DNA of 64,000 bases from an uncultured Chloroflexia bacterium (GCA_963746845.1 CAVVCZ010000005.1:192001-256000), one strand, 5' to 3'; numbered from the stretch's first letter, positions 20,982 to 30,562 are shown. Numbers and translations are program-made. The notes: generated by a model from the letters alone, not told the origin.

Positions 20982-21806
20982 ATGAGCCCGCGCTCCTCCC
21001 ACTCCCTCCGTGAGTCCCTCCTGGTGAAGCCCGGCTCGAAGGTCCGGCTGGCCGGCGTCGACGCCGGCGAGACACACGGCCGGAAGGAGGGCCAGGCAAA
21101 GGAGGATCTCCAGGCCGGCCTCGACCGCCTGACCGACCTCCAGGACCGGCTCTGGGCGGAGGCGAAGCACCCCGTCTTGATCGTCCTCCAGGGGATCGAC
21201 GCCGCCGGCAAGGACGGCACGGTCCGCCACGTGATGACCGCGTTCAACCCGATGGGCTGCCTCGTCACTTCGTGGAAGGCGCCGACCCCGGTCGAGCTCG
21301 CCCACGACTACCTCTGGCGGATCCACCAGCGGACGCCGGGCAAGGGCGAGATCTCGATCTTCAACCGCTCCCACTACGAGGACGTCCTCGTCGTCCGCGT
21401 CCACGACCTCGTGCCGAAGGACGTCTGGTCGCGCCGCTACGACGAGATCAACGCGTTCGAGCGGCTGCTCATCGACTCCGGGACGACGATCCTGAAGTTC
21501 TTCCTGTACATCGACCGCGACGAGCAGAAGGAACGGTTCCAGGCGCGCCTCGACGATCCCGACAAGCAGTGGAAGTTCCGCCTGCGCGACCTCGAGGAGC
21601 GCAAGCTCTGGGACGACTACCTGGCGGCGTTCGAGGAGATGCTCCAGCGCTGCTCGACCGGCGCGGCGCCGTGGTACCTGGTGCCGTCGAACAAGAAGTG
21701 GTTCCGGAACCTGGCGGTCGCCGATATCGTGGCCGACGCCCTCGACGCCCTGAAGCCGGCCTACCCGCCGCCCCCGGAGGACCTGACGGGGGTCGTCGTC
21801 GAGTAA
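20982..21806 (+). CDS. ppk2: Polyphosphate kinase 2 family protein
   Basis: QGIDAAGKDG, HDYLWR and FNRSHYEDVL motifs. Confidence 0.93.
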   Translation: MSPRSSHSLRESLLVKPGSKVRLAGVDAGETHGRKEGQAKEDLQAGLDRLTDLQDRLWAEAKHPVLIVLQGIDAAGKDGTVRHVMTAFNPMGCLVTSWKAPTPVELAHDYLWRIHQRTPGKGEISIFNRSHYEDVLVVRVHDLVPKDVWSRRYDEINAFERLLIDSGTTILKFFLYIDRDEQKERFQARLDDPDKQWKFRLRDLEERKLWDDYLAAFEEMLQRCSTGAAPWYLVPSNKKWFRNLAVADIVADALDALKPAYPPPPEDLTGVVVE

Positions 21807-21821
21807 GGCTGTCGGGCCGGG

Positions 21822-23489
21822 TCAGCGCTTGCCGAACAGCGTGCCGAACACGCCCCGCAGCAGGTCCTGACCCGCCCGCGACGTCACCACCCGGCCGGCT
21901 TCCCGGACGCCGGTCTGGATCATCCGATCGCGCTGGCGGGCGTCGGCGCGGGCCTGGCGCTCGGCGGCCGCGCGGGCCTTCTCGGCCGCCCGCTGGGCGG
22001 CGGCCATCTCGCGCGCCTGGCGCTGGATCTCGCGCTGCTGCTGGGCCGGCGTCATCGTGTTCATCCCGCTCGCCGAGGTCGGCGACACGCCGGCCGCCAT
22101 GGCCTGTTGGGCCGCGGCGTCGGCCGCCGCCTGCTTCGCCGAGTCGATCCGCGCGGTGATGATCTCGTAGGCGCTCTGGCGGTCGACCGCCTGGCCGTAC
22201 TTCGCGCGCAGCGTCGCCGACGCGATCCGCGCCTGGAGGTCCGGGTCCGGAAGCACCGCCATCAGCGAGTCAGGCGGGAGGAGTCGCGTGGCGGCGAGCG
22301 GCGTCGGCGTCCCGCGCGGCGAGAGCACCGTGACCAGGGCCTCGCCGATCCCGAGCGAGGTGATCGTCTCCTCGACCTTGTAGTGCGTCGTCATCGGGAA
22401 GGTCCGGGCGGTCTTGCGCAGGGCGTCCGCGTCGTCCGGCGTGAACGCCCGCAACGCATGCTGGACGCGGTTCCCGAGCTGGGCGAGGACCGACGCCGGG
22501 ACGTCGGTCGGCGCCTGGGTGACGAAGTACACCCCGACCCCCTTGGACCGGATGAGGCGCGCCGTGCGCTCGATCTGCTCGAGGAGGGCCTGCGACGCGC
22601 CGGCGAACAGGAGGTGTGCCTCGTCAAAGAAGAAGCACAGCTTGGGTTTCGGGATGTCACCGACCTCTGGCAGCGTCTCGTACAGCTGGGCCAGCATCCA
22701 GAGCATGAACGTGCTGAACAGCCGTGGCTGATCCATGACGTCGCGCAGCTCGAGGATCGAGACGACGCCGGTCCCCTCGGGAGTCGTCCGGATCAGGTCA
22801 GCGACGTCGAACTCCGGCTCGCCGAAGAAGATGTCGGCGCCCTCCTGCTCGAGGACGACGAGCGAGCGGAGGAGCACGCCGACCGACGCCGGCGACATCC
22901 CGCCGTAATCGGCGAGGATCGGCTTGCCCTCGTCGGACGAGAGGAACTTCAGAGTCGCCCCGAGGTCCTTGAGGTCGAGCAACGGCAGGCTGTTGTCGTC
23001 GCAGTACTTGAAGACGAGCGACAGGATCGAGGTCTGGGTCTCGTTGAGGTCGAGGACCTTGCCAAGCAGGAGCGGTCCGAAGCTGTGAGCCGTCGCCCGG
23101 ACCTGGGCGCCCAGCTTGCCGGACAGCGACAGGAACTCGACCGGATGCCCGGACGGCTCGAAGGTCCAGCCCAGCGACTGGGCCCGCTCGACGACCTTCG
23201 GGTTCGTCGCGTCGCCCGCCATGGCCATCCCGGTGACGTCGCCCTTGATGTCCGCCACGAAGACCGGCACGCCCGCCTTCGACAGCTCGCCCGCCAGGAG
23301 CTGGAGCGTCTTCGTCTTGCCGGTCCCGGTTGCGCCGGCGATCAGGCCGTGCCGGTTCATCATCGACAGCGCGACCTGGACCCGGTGGTCGTTGTCGAGC
23401 TCGCCGGCCAGCATCGGGCTGCCGAGCGTCAGACCGGGCTCGGTCAGGGCGTAGCCCTGGGCCATCTCATCGCGGAATGCCTGGTCCAT
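21822..23489 (-). CDS. HerA-like ATPase, DUF853/YjgR family
   Basis: NRHGLIAGATGTGKT, FFDEAHLLF, IRSKGVG and QHALRAFTP motifs. Confidence 0.92.
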   Translation of the reverse strand: MDQAFRDEMAQGYALTEPGLTLGSPMLAGELDNDHRVQVALSMMNRHGLIAGATGTGKTKTLQLLAGELSKAGVPVFVADIKGDVTGMAMAGDATNPKVVERAQSLGWTFEPSGHPVEFLSLSGKLGAQVRATAHSFGPLLLGKVLDLNETQTSILSLVFKYCDDNSLPLLDLKDLGATLKFLSSDEGKPILADYGGMSPASVGVLLRSLVVLEQEGADIFFGEPEFDVADLIRTTPEGTGVVSILELRDVMDQPRLFSTFMLWMLAQLYETLPEVGDIPKPKLCFFFDEAHLLFAGASQALLEQIERTARLIRSKGVGVYFVTQAPTDVPASVLAQLGNRVQHALRAFTPDDADALRKTARTFPMTTHYKVEETITSLGIGEALVTVLSPRGTPTPLAATRLLPPDSLMAVLPDPDLQARIASATLRAKYGQAVDRQSAYEIITARIDSAKQAAADAAAQQAMAAGVSPTSASGMNTMTPAQQQREIQRQAREMAAAQRAAEKARAAAERQARADARQRDRMIQTGVREAGRVVTSRAGQDLLRGVFGTLFGKR

Positions 23490-23674
23490 CAACGTCGCTC
23501 CGGGCGCAGAAGTGCCGGTCCGGAAGCGTACCATCGGCGGTCCGAGCCATCCGTAGGCAGCGGCGTCACCGTTGGAGCTCGCGACGTGCGAACCTGCTCG
23601 AGGCCGCGATCGTCGATCGCTGTACCGAGCTCGCGCAGCGGTGCGCGACAACGTTCGTCCCCGGCACGAACGAC

Positions 23675-23705
23675 GGCCGGGACTGTCGTTCCGACAGTCC
23701 CGGCC
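23675..23705. terminator. 14-bp perfect hairpin downstream of paralog C
   Basis: ggccgggactgtcg-ttc-cgacagtcccggcc. Confidence 0.65.
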
Positions 23706-23761
23706 TGTTGTTGCGGTGCGGTGATCCGGTCGGCTTCAGCTTGAGCCGAGGCCGGTCGCGG

Positions 23762-25372
23762 TCAGCGCCAGCTGTTGCCGCCCATGTCTTTGATCTGGCC
23801 CCAGATGACGGGCGTGCCGACCGTGTTCGTCGTCGCGCTGCCCCTGACTGTCCCGGTGCCTCCGGCCAGGTCGAAGGCCGCCGGGACGCCATGGCCGGAG
23901 TTGCTCGCGGACAGGCCGGACACGGTCACGCCGGTCGTGCCGTTGCGGAGCACGAGCGCCCACCCGGCGTCGGCGACCGATACGTTCGTGACCGTCAAGT
24001 TGCGAACGGCCGGGCCCGTGCCGCCGGTGTAGACGTGGATGGCGTTGACGCCAGCGATGGCGCCGGACACGTCGCTCTGCTGGAGATGCGACGCAGTGAT
24101 GTTCAAGAGGGCGATGTCGTGCGACCCGCGGCTGATGTAGAACAGGTGGCTCGACTGCTGACCGCCGGTCCCGGCCGCCGCGATATTGCTGAAGGTCAGG
24201 CCATCGAACGTGACATCGCCCGCGCCGATCAGGAGGAACACGCCGACCTGGCCCATGAGGTAGTTCTGGAACCGGGCCGGGCCGACGAAGGTGACGCCCG
24301 TCACGGGCGCGGTGCCGAGGGTGCCGTTCGGGTCATGGACCGTGTCCCAGACCGAGAACACAGGACTGGCATAACTGGTGTTGCCCGAGCCATCGAAGAC
24401 GACGCCCGGGTCGAACCGGACCGTCAGCGGTCGTGATGCCCGGTTGATCTTGACCTGCGCGTCGCGCCATCCGCGATACGTCCCGGCCGTGAACCGGATC
24501 GTGTCGACCGTCAGGTCCGAGGCGGCGCTGGTGAAGGAGCTGGCGCTCGTGCTCGGACTGATCGTCCGGACGACGCCAGTCGCCGTCGGTGCGGTCGTGG
24601 GGGCCGTGGTCGGAGTCGCGGTCGGTGCGGTCGTGGGGGCCGTGGTCGGAGTCGCGGTCGGTGCGGTCGTGGGGGCCGTGGTCGGAGTCGCGGTCGGTGC
24701 GGTCGCGGGGGCCGTGGTCGGAGTCGCGGTCGGTGCGGTCGCGGGCGCCGTGGTCGGAGTCGCCGTCGGTGCGGTCGCGGGGGCCGTGGTTGGCGCCGAT
24801 GGCGGTGTGACCTTGTCTGCCGCCAGTTCCACTCGCAGCCAGTCGATCGCGACCGTGGGGTGGCCGGATGTCCCCACGACGACGATCTTCAGCGTGTGCG
24901 ACTGCGACGAGGGCCAGCGCGCGGAGTAGAGCGCATACCGAGCCGTGAACTGGCTGCGATATTGGCTCACGGTCTTGATGTAGACACCGTCCACGTAGAC
25001 CTTGGCGGAGCCACGCGTCGGACCGAGCGGGCCGACCCATCGGACGCCGACGCCGGTGAAGCGAAGGGTCGCCGAGGCGTTCTCCTCATTCGAGAAGCGG
25101 ACCTTCCCGCCGGAGTAGCCGCTTGCGTACGCGTAGTCCCACGTCCCGCTGTAGGTGATGCGGGAGGAGCTCTCCGAGTAGCTGGTGGTCTCCTTCGCGG
25201 TGTTCCTGGTCGTGGCTGTCGCGGCGGCAAACGCCCCGACGGGGACGATCACGAGGGCCAGTAGTGCGACGGCCGCCCGAGCGATGAAGGAACTGGGGAA
25301 ATGAGAGCGGTGCGCGGGTCGTGGTCGGGGCGGGACGGGCTCGGAGGCCCACTGGTCGCCATCCCAGAACAT
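23762..25372 (-). CDS. Secreted/anchored beta-helix-like protein, paralog C (N-terminal carbohydrate-binding-like domain, Thr/Pro/Ala linker)
   Basis: AAAGGAG SD; MFWDGDQW, then hydrophobic segment, GSAKVYVDG domain, repeat linker and beta-rich domain ending IKDMGGNSWR. Confidence 0.85.
   Translation of the reverse strand: MFWDGDQWASEPVPPRPRPAHRSHFPSSFIARAAVALLALVIVPVGAFAAATATTRNTAKETTSYSESSSRITYSGTWDYAYASGYSGGKVRFSNEENASATLRFTGVGVRWVGPLGPTRGSAKVYVDGVYIKTVSQYRSQFTARYALYSARWPSSQSHTLKIVVVGTSGHPTVAIDWLRVELAADKVTPPSAPTTAPATAPTATPTTAPATAPTATPTTAPATAPTATPTTAPTTAPTATPTTAPTTAPTATPTTAPTTAPTATGVVRTISPSTSASSFTSAASDLTVDTIRFTAGTYRGWRDAQVKINRASRPLTVRFDPGVVFDGSGNTSYASPVFSVWDTVHDPNGTLGTAPVTGVTFVGPARFQNYLMGQVGVFLLIGAGDVTFDGLTFSNIAAAGTGGQQSSHLFYISRGSHDIALLNITASHLQQSDVSGAIAGVNAIHVYTGGTGPAVRNLTVTNVSVADAGWALVLRNGTTGVTVSGLSASNSGHGVPAAFDLAGGTGTVRGSATTNTVGTPVIWGQIKDMGGNSWR
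24579..24794 (-). repeat. Six tandem 36-bp units encoding PTTAP(A/T)TAPTAT
   Basis: Directly visible tandem repeat, in frame within the CDS. Confidence 0.92.
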
Positions 25373-25385
25373 CGATCGCAGCTCC

Positions 25386-25462
25386 TTTCGGCAACCCGGC
25401 TGACTCGGAGAGTCCCGTGGCTTTGCGGCCCCGCCTCGCGACGGGTGTGCTATTTCGTGGAA
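25386..25462 (-). promoter_or_regulatory. GEMM-I cyclic-dinucleotide riboswitch, A20 variant
   Basis: Minus strand: GAAAUA-GC-ACA-CCCGUC-GCGA-GGCGGG-GCC-GC-AAAG-CCACGGGACUCUCCGAGUCAGCCGGGUUGCCG. Shows the GNRA-capped P2, GCAAAGC junction and P3, and runs into the SD of gene 25372. Confidence 0.88.
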
Positions 25463-25656
25463 CCCCTTGCGACCAGGCGATCGGCGGTCGCAACAACAGA
25501 AGCATCCACCAGGGATCGGCCGGAGGCCATAGCGAATGTGGGCCTGCGGGCGGACCCGGTGGTCGTGTCACGCAGGCCGACGTCTGGTGGAGACCGAGGC
25601 GGTCGGGAGGGGAAGCCGGGACCCATCTCGGAGGACTTTCGTCCTCGCACGAACGA

Positions 25657-25687
25657 GGACCGGGACTGTCGTTGACAGTCCCGGTCC
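25657..25687. terminator. 14-bp perfect hairpin downstream of paralog D
   Basis: ggaccgggactgtc-gtt-gacagtcccggtcc, homologous to 23675-23705. Confidence 0.65.
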
Positions 25688-25737
25688 GTGGAGGCGGCGA
25701 TGGATGTCGGCTCAGCTCGAGCCGAGGCTGGGCGCGG

Positions 25738-27237
25738 TCAGCGCCAGCTGTTGCCGCCCGTGTCGGTGATCTGGCCGAGGATCACGCCGCGACCCACTGA
25801 GCTGGTGGTCACGGAGTTGGAGACCGTGCCCGTGTTGTCCGAGCCGAAGTCCATGGCCACGCCGGTGGCGTGACCGGAGTCCGACACCCGCCAGCCGCTG
25901 ATCTTGACGCCGGTGGTGTGGTTGCGGATGACCAGCGCCCAGTTGGCGTCGGCGATCGTCCAGTTGCGGGCCGTGACGTTGTAGACCGAGGCGCCCGAGC
26001 CGCCGGTGTAGACGTGCAGCCCGCTGAGCCCGTAGGAGGCGCCGGCCACGTCGGACGCCTGGACGTGGGCGACGTTGAAGTCGTCGAACACCAGGTCGTG
26101 CGAGCCGCGCGAGACGTAGATCACGTGGGAGTTCTGGCTGCCGCTCAAGGAGTTCGCGGCCGCGTACCGGACGGTGATGCAGTCGGCGGTGATGAAGCTC
26201 GACCCGATGACCAGGAACAGCCCGGTCTGGGCGAGCAGGTAGTGCGAGAAGGCGAACCGGCCGGGGCAGCCGTCCAGGGTGATGTGCGCGGCGCCGGAGA
26301 AGTAGAACGCCGGGTCGCCGTAGCTGCCATCGTTGGCCGCGTCGAAGGTCACCGTCGCGCCCGGTGCGGCCCGGATCACGAGCGGCGTCGTCCGGCTGAT
26401 CTGGGCCCGCCAGCCGTGGTACACACCGCCGGCCATCTCGATGACGCCGACCGACGTGTTCGCGGCGAGCGCCTCGAATGCCGACACGCTGATGCTCGAG
26501 GTGACCCGCCGAACCGAGCCTGGAGCGCTTGCCGCCGGGGCCGCCCGACTCGTCGTGGCAACCGGTCTCGGCGAAGCTGTCGATGCCGTCCGCGCGCTGC
26601 TGACAGCACCCACGCGCAACGTGTCGATCGCGACCATCGGGTGACCGGAGGTCCCCACGACGACGATCTTCAGCGTGTGCGATCGCGACGAGGACCAGCT
26701 GGCGGAGTACAGCGTCTTCCGAGGGATGAAGACGCTGCGATACAGGCTCACGGTCTTCTTGTAGACGCCGTCCACGTAGACCTTGGCGGAGCCGCGGGTC
26801 GGCCCGACCGGACCGACCCAGCTGACGCCGACGCCGGTGAAGCGGAAGGTCGCCGAGGCGTTCTTCTGGCGCGAATAGCGGACCGCACCACCGGAGTAGC
26901 CGGATGCCTTCGCCGATGCCCACGTCCCGCTGTAGGTGACGCGGGAGGAGCTCTCCTGGTAGCTGGTCGTCTTCGTGGAGATCCGGGAGGCCGCGGTCGC
27001 GCCGCTCAGGACGAACGGTGTCTCGGACTCGGTGGAATTGGTGGCCGCGGCGCTCGTGGAGCCGGCAGAGAGGGCCGGTTGCGTCGGGTGAGACGCGGGA
27101 GCGGGGCCTGAGTGAAGAGCGACGGCAGTGCCGTCGACTGACAGGAAGATCGCGACGACAAGCGCGATCCGGGCGATGGACGACGGAACCGTTTGACGGA
27201 CCGACACCCTCTGGGTGCCCTTCATGGAAACCGGCAA
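25738..27237 (-). CDS. Secreted beta-helix-like protein, paralog D
   Basis: GAGGAGG SD before TTG 27237 (ATG 27225 is an alternative); signal-like segment; N-domain like paralog C and C-domain like paralog B; ends ITDTGGNSWR. Confidence 0.85.
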   Translation of the reverse strand: MPVSMKGTQRVSVRQTVPSSIARIALVVAIFLSVDGTAVALHSGPAPASHPTQPALSAGSTSAAATNSTESETPFVLSGATAASRISTKTTSYQESSSRVTYSGTWASAKASGYSGGAVRYSRQKNASATFRFTGVGVSWVGPVGPTRGSAKVYVDGVYKKTVSLYRSVFIPRKTLYSASWSSSRSHTLKIVVVGTSGHPMVAIDTLRVGAVSSARTASTASPRPVATTSRAAPAASAPGSVRRVTSSISVSAFEALAANTSVGVIEMAGGVYHGWRAQISRTTPLVIRAAPGATVTFDAANDGSYGDPAFYFSGAAHITLDGCPGRFAFSHYLLAQTGLFLVIGSSFITADCITVRYAAANSLSGSQNSHVIYVSRGSHDLVFDDFNVAHVQASDVAGASYGLSGLHVYTGGSGASVYNVTARNWTIADANWALVIRNHTTGVKISGWRVSDSGHATGVAMDFGSDNTGTVSNSVTTSSVGRGVILGQITDTGGNSWR

Positions 27238-27561
27238 AACTCTTGCCTCCTCTCTACCAGACGCTGCGGGGGACAGCGACGGTGGACATGGCTCCGCCCG
27301 GATCGGCGCGCGCCAAACAGCGCGATAGCGGGGATCGAGGCTGGGGGCCTTGAGCGGTCGGGGGACGCTGCTGGGGGGGAACGCCCATCGCCGACGGCCC
27401 AAGTATGCCGTCTCCTGCGAATTGGTGCTCCCGGCGCCGCACCGGGGCCGTCGGTGGACGCGCAGGGCGGCCCTGGCGATCATGGGCGCGCGGGTCGATC
27501 GACTTGACCCAGGGACTACCCGACGCCTCGAGATGCAGGGCCTGCACGAGCGCGATCTGAG

Positions 27562-28407
27562 CTAGGCGTCCTGGCTGGGGTAGCTGCCGAGCACGCGGGT
27601 CATCGTCGTGACCGCGCGCACCTCGTCGAGGGCCGCCGCCATCGGAGGGTCGCCGGCGGCGCCGTCGAGGTCGATCCAGAAGACGTACTCCCACGGCCGC
27701 TCGCGCATCGGCCGCGACTCCAGCTTCCGCATGTTCAGCTGGTGGTCCGCGATGACCCGGAGCACGGCGAGCAGCGTCCCGGGCTCGTTCCGGACCGCGA
27801 CGACGATCGTCGTGCGCGGGACCGTCCGGAGACCGGCCACGAGCGGCCGCACGTTCCCGTCGGACGGAGCGACGACGACGAACCTGGTCCGGTTGCCCTC
27901 GAGGTCGCCGATCTCGCCGGCCAGGATCTCGAGCCCGAACAGACGCGCGGCCCGCGGTGACAGGACCGCGGCCGCGCCGCGCTCACCGCGGTCGACGATC
28001 GCCTTGCCCGCCCCCGCGGTGTTGTACGTCGACAGGAGCTGCCACGGCCGGCTCCGCAGGAAGGCCTCCGCCTGGCCGAGCGCCTGGAGGTGCGAATACA
28101 CCCGCTCGATGTCCTCGAGGCGCTGGCCGGGCAGCGCGGCAAGGCACAGCGCCACCGGCACGACGACCTCGCCGTGGATGACGAGCGGATGCTCCAGGAG
28201 CAGGTCGTAGTTCTCGCGGACGGTGCCGTGGATGACGTTCTCGATGGGGATCACACCCGCCGCCCCGTCGCCCGCCACGACCTCGTCGAAGACGGACCGG
28301 AAGCTGCCGACGGGCCGGCGATCGACGTCGCCGAAGGCGGCGAGGACGGCGTCCTCGGCGAACGCGCCCGGCTCCCCCGCGTAGATGATCGCCTCAGTCG
28401 TCGTCAT
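27562..28407 (-). CDS. pheA: Prephenate dehydratase
   Basis: PIENVIHG, YSHLQALGQ, NRTRF and ACT domain with KLESRP. Confidence 0.92.
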   Translation of the reverse strand: MTTTEAIIYAGEPGAFAEDAVLAAFGDVDRRPVGSFRSVFDEVVAGDGAAGVIPIENVIHGTVRENYDLLLEHPLVIHGEVVVPVALCLAALPGQRLEDIERVYSHLQALGQAEAFLRSRPWQLLSTYNTAGAGKAIVDRGERGAAAVLSPRAARLFGLEILAGEIGDLEGNRTRFVVVAPSDGNVRPLVAGLRTVPRTTIVVAVRNEPGTLLAVLRVIADHQLNMRKLESRPMRERPWEYVFWIDLDGAAGDPPMAAALDEVRAVTTMTRVLGSYPSQDA

Positions 28408-30562
28408 CGCGTCCGAGGATCAGCCGGTACAGCACGACGAAGCTGACGAACAGCGTGATCCCGAACGCGATCATCGCTGCGTACGCGACGCCGACGTACT
28501 GGGACAGGTTCGGCTGGAGGAGGATCGCCATCACGATCGCCGTGCCGATGAGCTGGCCGACGACGATCAACCCGATCGTCGCCTGCCGCCCGACCGCACC
28601 CACCTTGCCGATCGAGCGGCCGAGGTCGGACGTATCGACCTCCACGACGAGCTTGCCCCGGTTGATGACATCGAGCCACTTCAACAGCGATTCGTCGAGC
28701 GTCGGGGCGCGCCGGGCGAGCTCCTTCCCGATCCGGATGGCCCGGCCCTGGACCTCTTTGAAGACGCGGTCGGGCTCGAGCGCCTCCAGGAGCGCCGCGC
28801 GCGCCTCCTCCACCGCGGCCTCGCCGAGATCGAGATCGAACGCCATCTGGCGGGCCGTGTCCTCCGCTTGCACGACCGCCTTGACCGCGAGGGTGAGCTG
28901 ACTGTCCAGGCGGAGACCCTGCTCGAAGGCTGCGCCGAGGAACCCCGCGAGCGCGCCGCCGATCGAGTCCGCCTGTCCGTAGACGAGATACTGGCGCCCC
29001 ATCCGATCGACCGATGAACGGAACGCCGCCTCGTCGAACGACCGCGACGGTTCGCCGAGCGCGATGAGACTGTCGGCGATCCCCGAGATGTCGACCTCCC
29101 GAACGGCGTAGACGAGACCCAGCAGGTCGACCCGTTGCGCCGTGCTCAGCTGACCGACGAGCCCGAGGTCGAGGAAGACGATCTGACCCGACGCCGTGTC
29201 GACCAGGACGTTGCCGGGGTGCGGGTCGCCGTGAAAGAAGCCGTCGACGAGGACCTGCTTGATGATCGCCCGCATGAAGGTCGACCCGAGCGCCGACGGG
29301 TCGAGGCCGGCCGCCCGGATCCCCTCGAGGTCCGAGAGCGGGACGCCGCGCACGAACTCCATCGTCAGGACGCGGCTTGACGACCGCTCCGGGTACACCG
29401 TCGGGATGTGGATGGTCTCGAACCGGGCCATGCCGTCCGCGAGCCGGTGGGCGTGGTACGCCTCGTTGCGGTAGTCGAGCTCCTCGAGGACGGCCCCGGC
29501 GAACTCCCCGACGATCGCCCGGATGCTCATCTGCCGGGCCACCGCGAAGCGCGACTCGGCGGTCTTGGCCAGCTCCTGCATGACGCCGAGGTCGGCCTTG
29601 GTCTTGGCCACGATCCGCGGCCGCTGGATCTTGACCGCGACCGCCGTGCCGTCGGCCAGCGTCGCGCGATGCACCTGGGCGGTCGAGGCGGCCGCGAACG
29701 GCTCCTCCTCGATCGTGGCGAAGAGCTCCTCCGGCGGACGTCCCAGCTCGGCCAGGATCACGCCGTGTGCCTCGATCCAGGGGAAGGGCTCGGCGTCGGA
29801 CTGGAGCCTGGCGAGCTCGGTCGTCCACTCCGGCGGCAGGATGTCCGTGCGGCCGGCCATCATCTGGCCGATCTTCACGTAGGTCGGGCCGAGCTGCTGC
29901 AGGAGGGCGCCGACACGCTTCGGGGCGCTCTCGTCCTCCGCGAGCCGGACCTCACCGAGGATGTGCCGCTCGAACCAGCGCCGGAGGCTGCCGATCGGCG
30001 TGCCCTCGAAGGCGATGTCGATGCTCGTCTGGTAGAGCGCCTCGTAGACCTGTTGCAGCCGGAGGTTCTCGATGATCGCGTTCCGGCGCGGCGTCGGCAG
30101 GGTCTCGAGGAGCGTCCAGACGGAGCCGCCGGTCGGCCCGCCGACCTGTGGCCGGTTCAGGCCGAGCAGCGCGTCGACGATGAGCGAAGCCACCGAGAAG
30201 AGCGCCGCCATCAGGAGCAACCAGAGCGGCTGCGGGTCGGCGAGGACGGCGATCTCGCCGGGGAAGAGCCGCGACGTCAGGGCGATCGTGAGGGCCGTGA
30301 TGACGATCACGAACAGCCCGAGCGTCGAGAAGATCAACCGCCCGAACAGGGCCACGAGCAGCGGGCGGACGATCCGGTTGACGACGACGAAGAGCCCGCC
30401 CCACGCGAGGTAGACCAGCGCTCCCGACGCCACCGGCTGGAGGATCGGGACGGACTCCTGGCCGAACGGGAAGGGCTGCGTGACGTGGATCAGGCTGAGG
30501 ACGAAGACGACCGCGACGGCGATCAGCCCGTCGATGACCGCGTGGATGAGGAAACGGCGCAC
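28394..30562 (-). CDS. ABC1/UbiB (AarF) atypical kinase with N-terminal membrane domain
   Basis: LGPTYVKIGQ, AAASTAQVH, VAVKIQRP, FFHGDPHPGN and LDLG motifs. Confidence 0.9.
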   Translation of the reverse strand: MRRFLIHAVIDGLIAVAVVFVLSLIHVTQPFPFGQESVPILQPVASGALVYLAWGGLFVVVNRIVRPLLVALFGRLIFSTLGLFVIVITALTIALTSRLFPGEIAVLADPQPLWLLLMAALFSVASLIVDALLGLNRPQVGGPTGGSVWTLLETLPTPRRNAIIENLRLQQVYEALYQTSIDIAFEGTPIGSLRRWFERHILGEVRLAEDESAPKRVGALLQQLGPTYVKIGQMMAGRTDILPPEWTTELARLQSDAEPFPWIEAHGVILAELGRPPEELFATIEEEPFAAASTAQVHRATLADGTAVAVKIQRPRIVAKTKADLGVMQELAKTAESRFAVARQMSIRAIVGEFAGAVLEELDYRNEAYHAHRLADGMARFETIHIPTVYPERSSSRVLTMEFVRGVPLSDLEGIRAAGLDPSALGSTFMRAIIKQVLVDGFFHGDPHPGNVLVDTASGQIVFLDLGLVGQLSTAQRVDLLGLVYAVREVDISGIADSLIALGEPSRSFDEAAFRSSVDRMGRQYLVYGQADSIGGALAGFLGAAFEQGLRLDSQLTLAVKAVVQAEDTARQMAFDLDLGEAAVEEARAALLEALEPDRVFKEVQGRAIRIGKELARRAPTLDESLLKWLDVINRGKLVVEVDTSDLGRSIGKVGAVGRQATIGLIVVGQLIGTAIVMAILLQPNLSQYVGVAYAAMIAFGITLFVSFVVLYRLILGRDDDD

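Noticed and set aside
24579-24794. 36-bp repeats as a CRISPR array
   Set aside because: No spacers; the units are in frame and encode a Thr/Pro/Ala linker; no cas genes.
27240-27560. Third riboswitch upstream of paralog D
   Set aside because: No GCAAAGC junction or GNRA-capped P2 found on the minus strand.
30180-30562. Holin-like domain as evidence of a prophage
   Set aside because: It is fused to a kinase within housekeeping genes, and no other phage genes are present.
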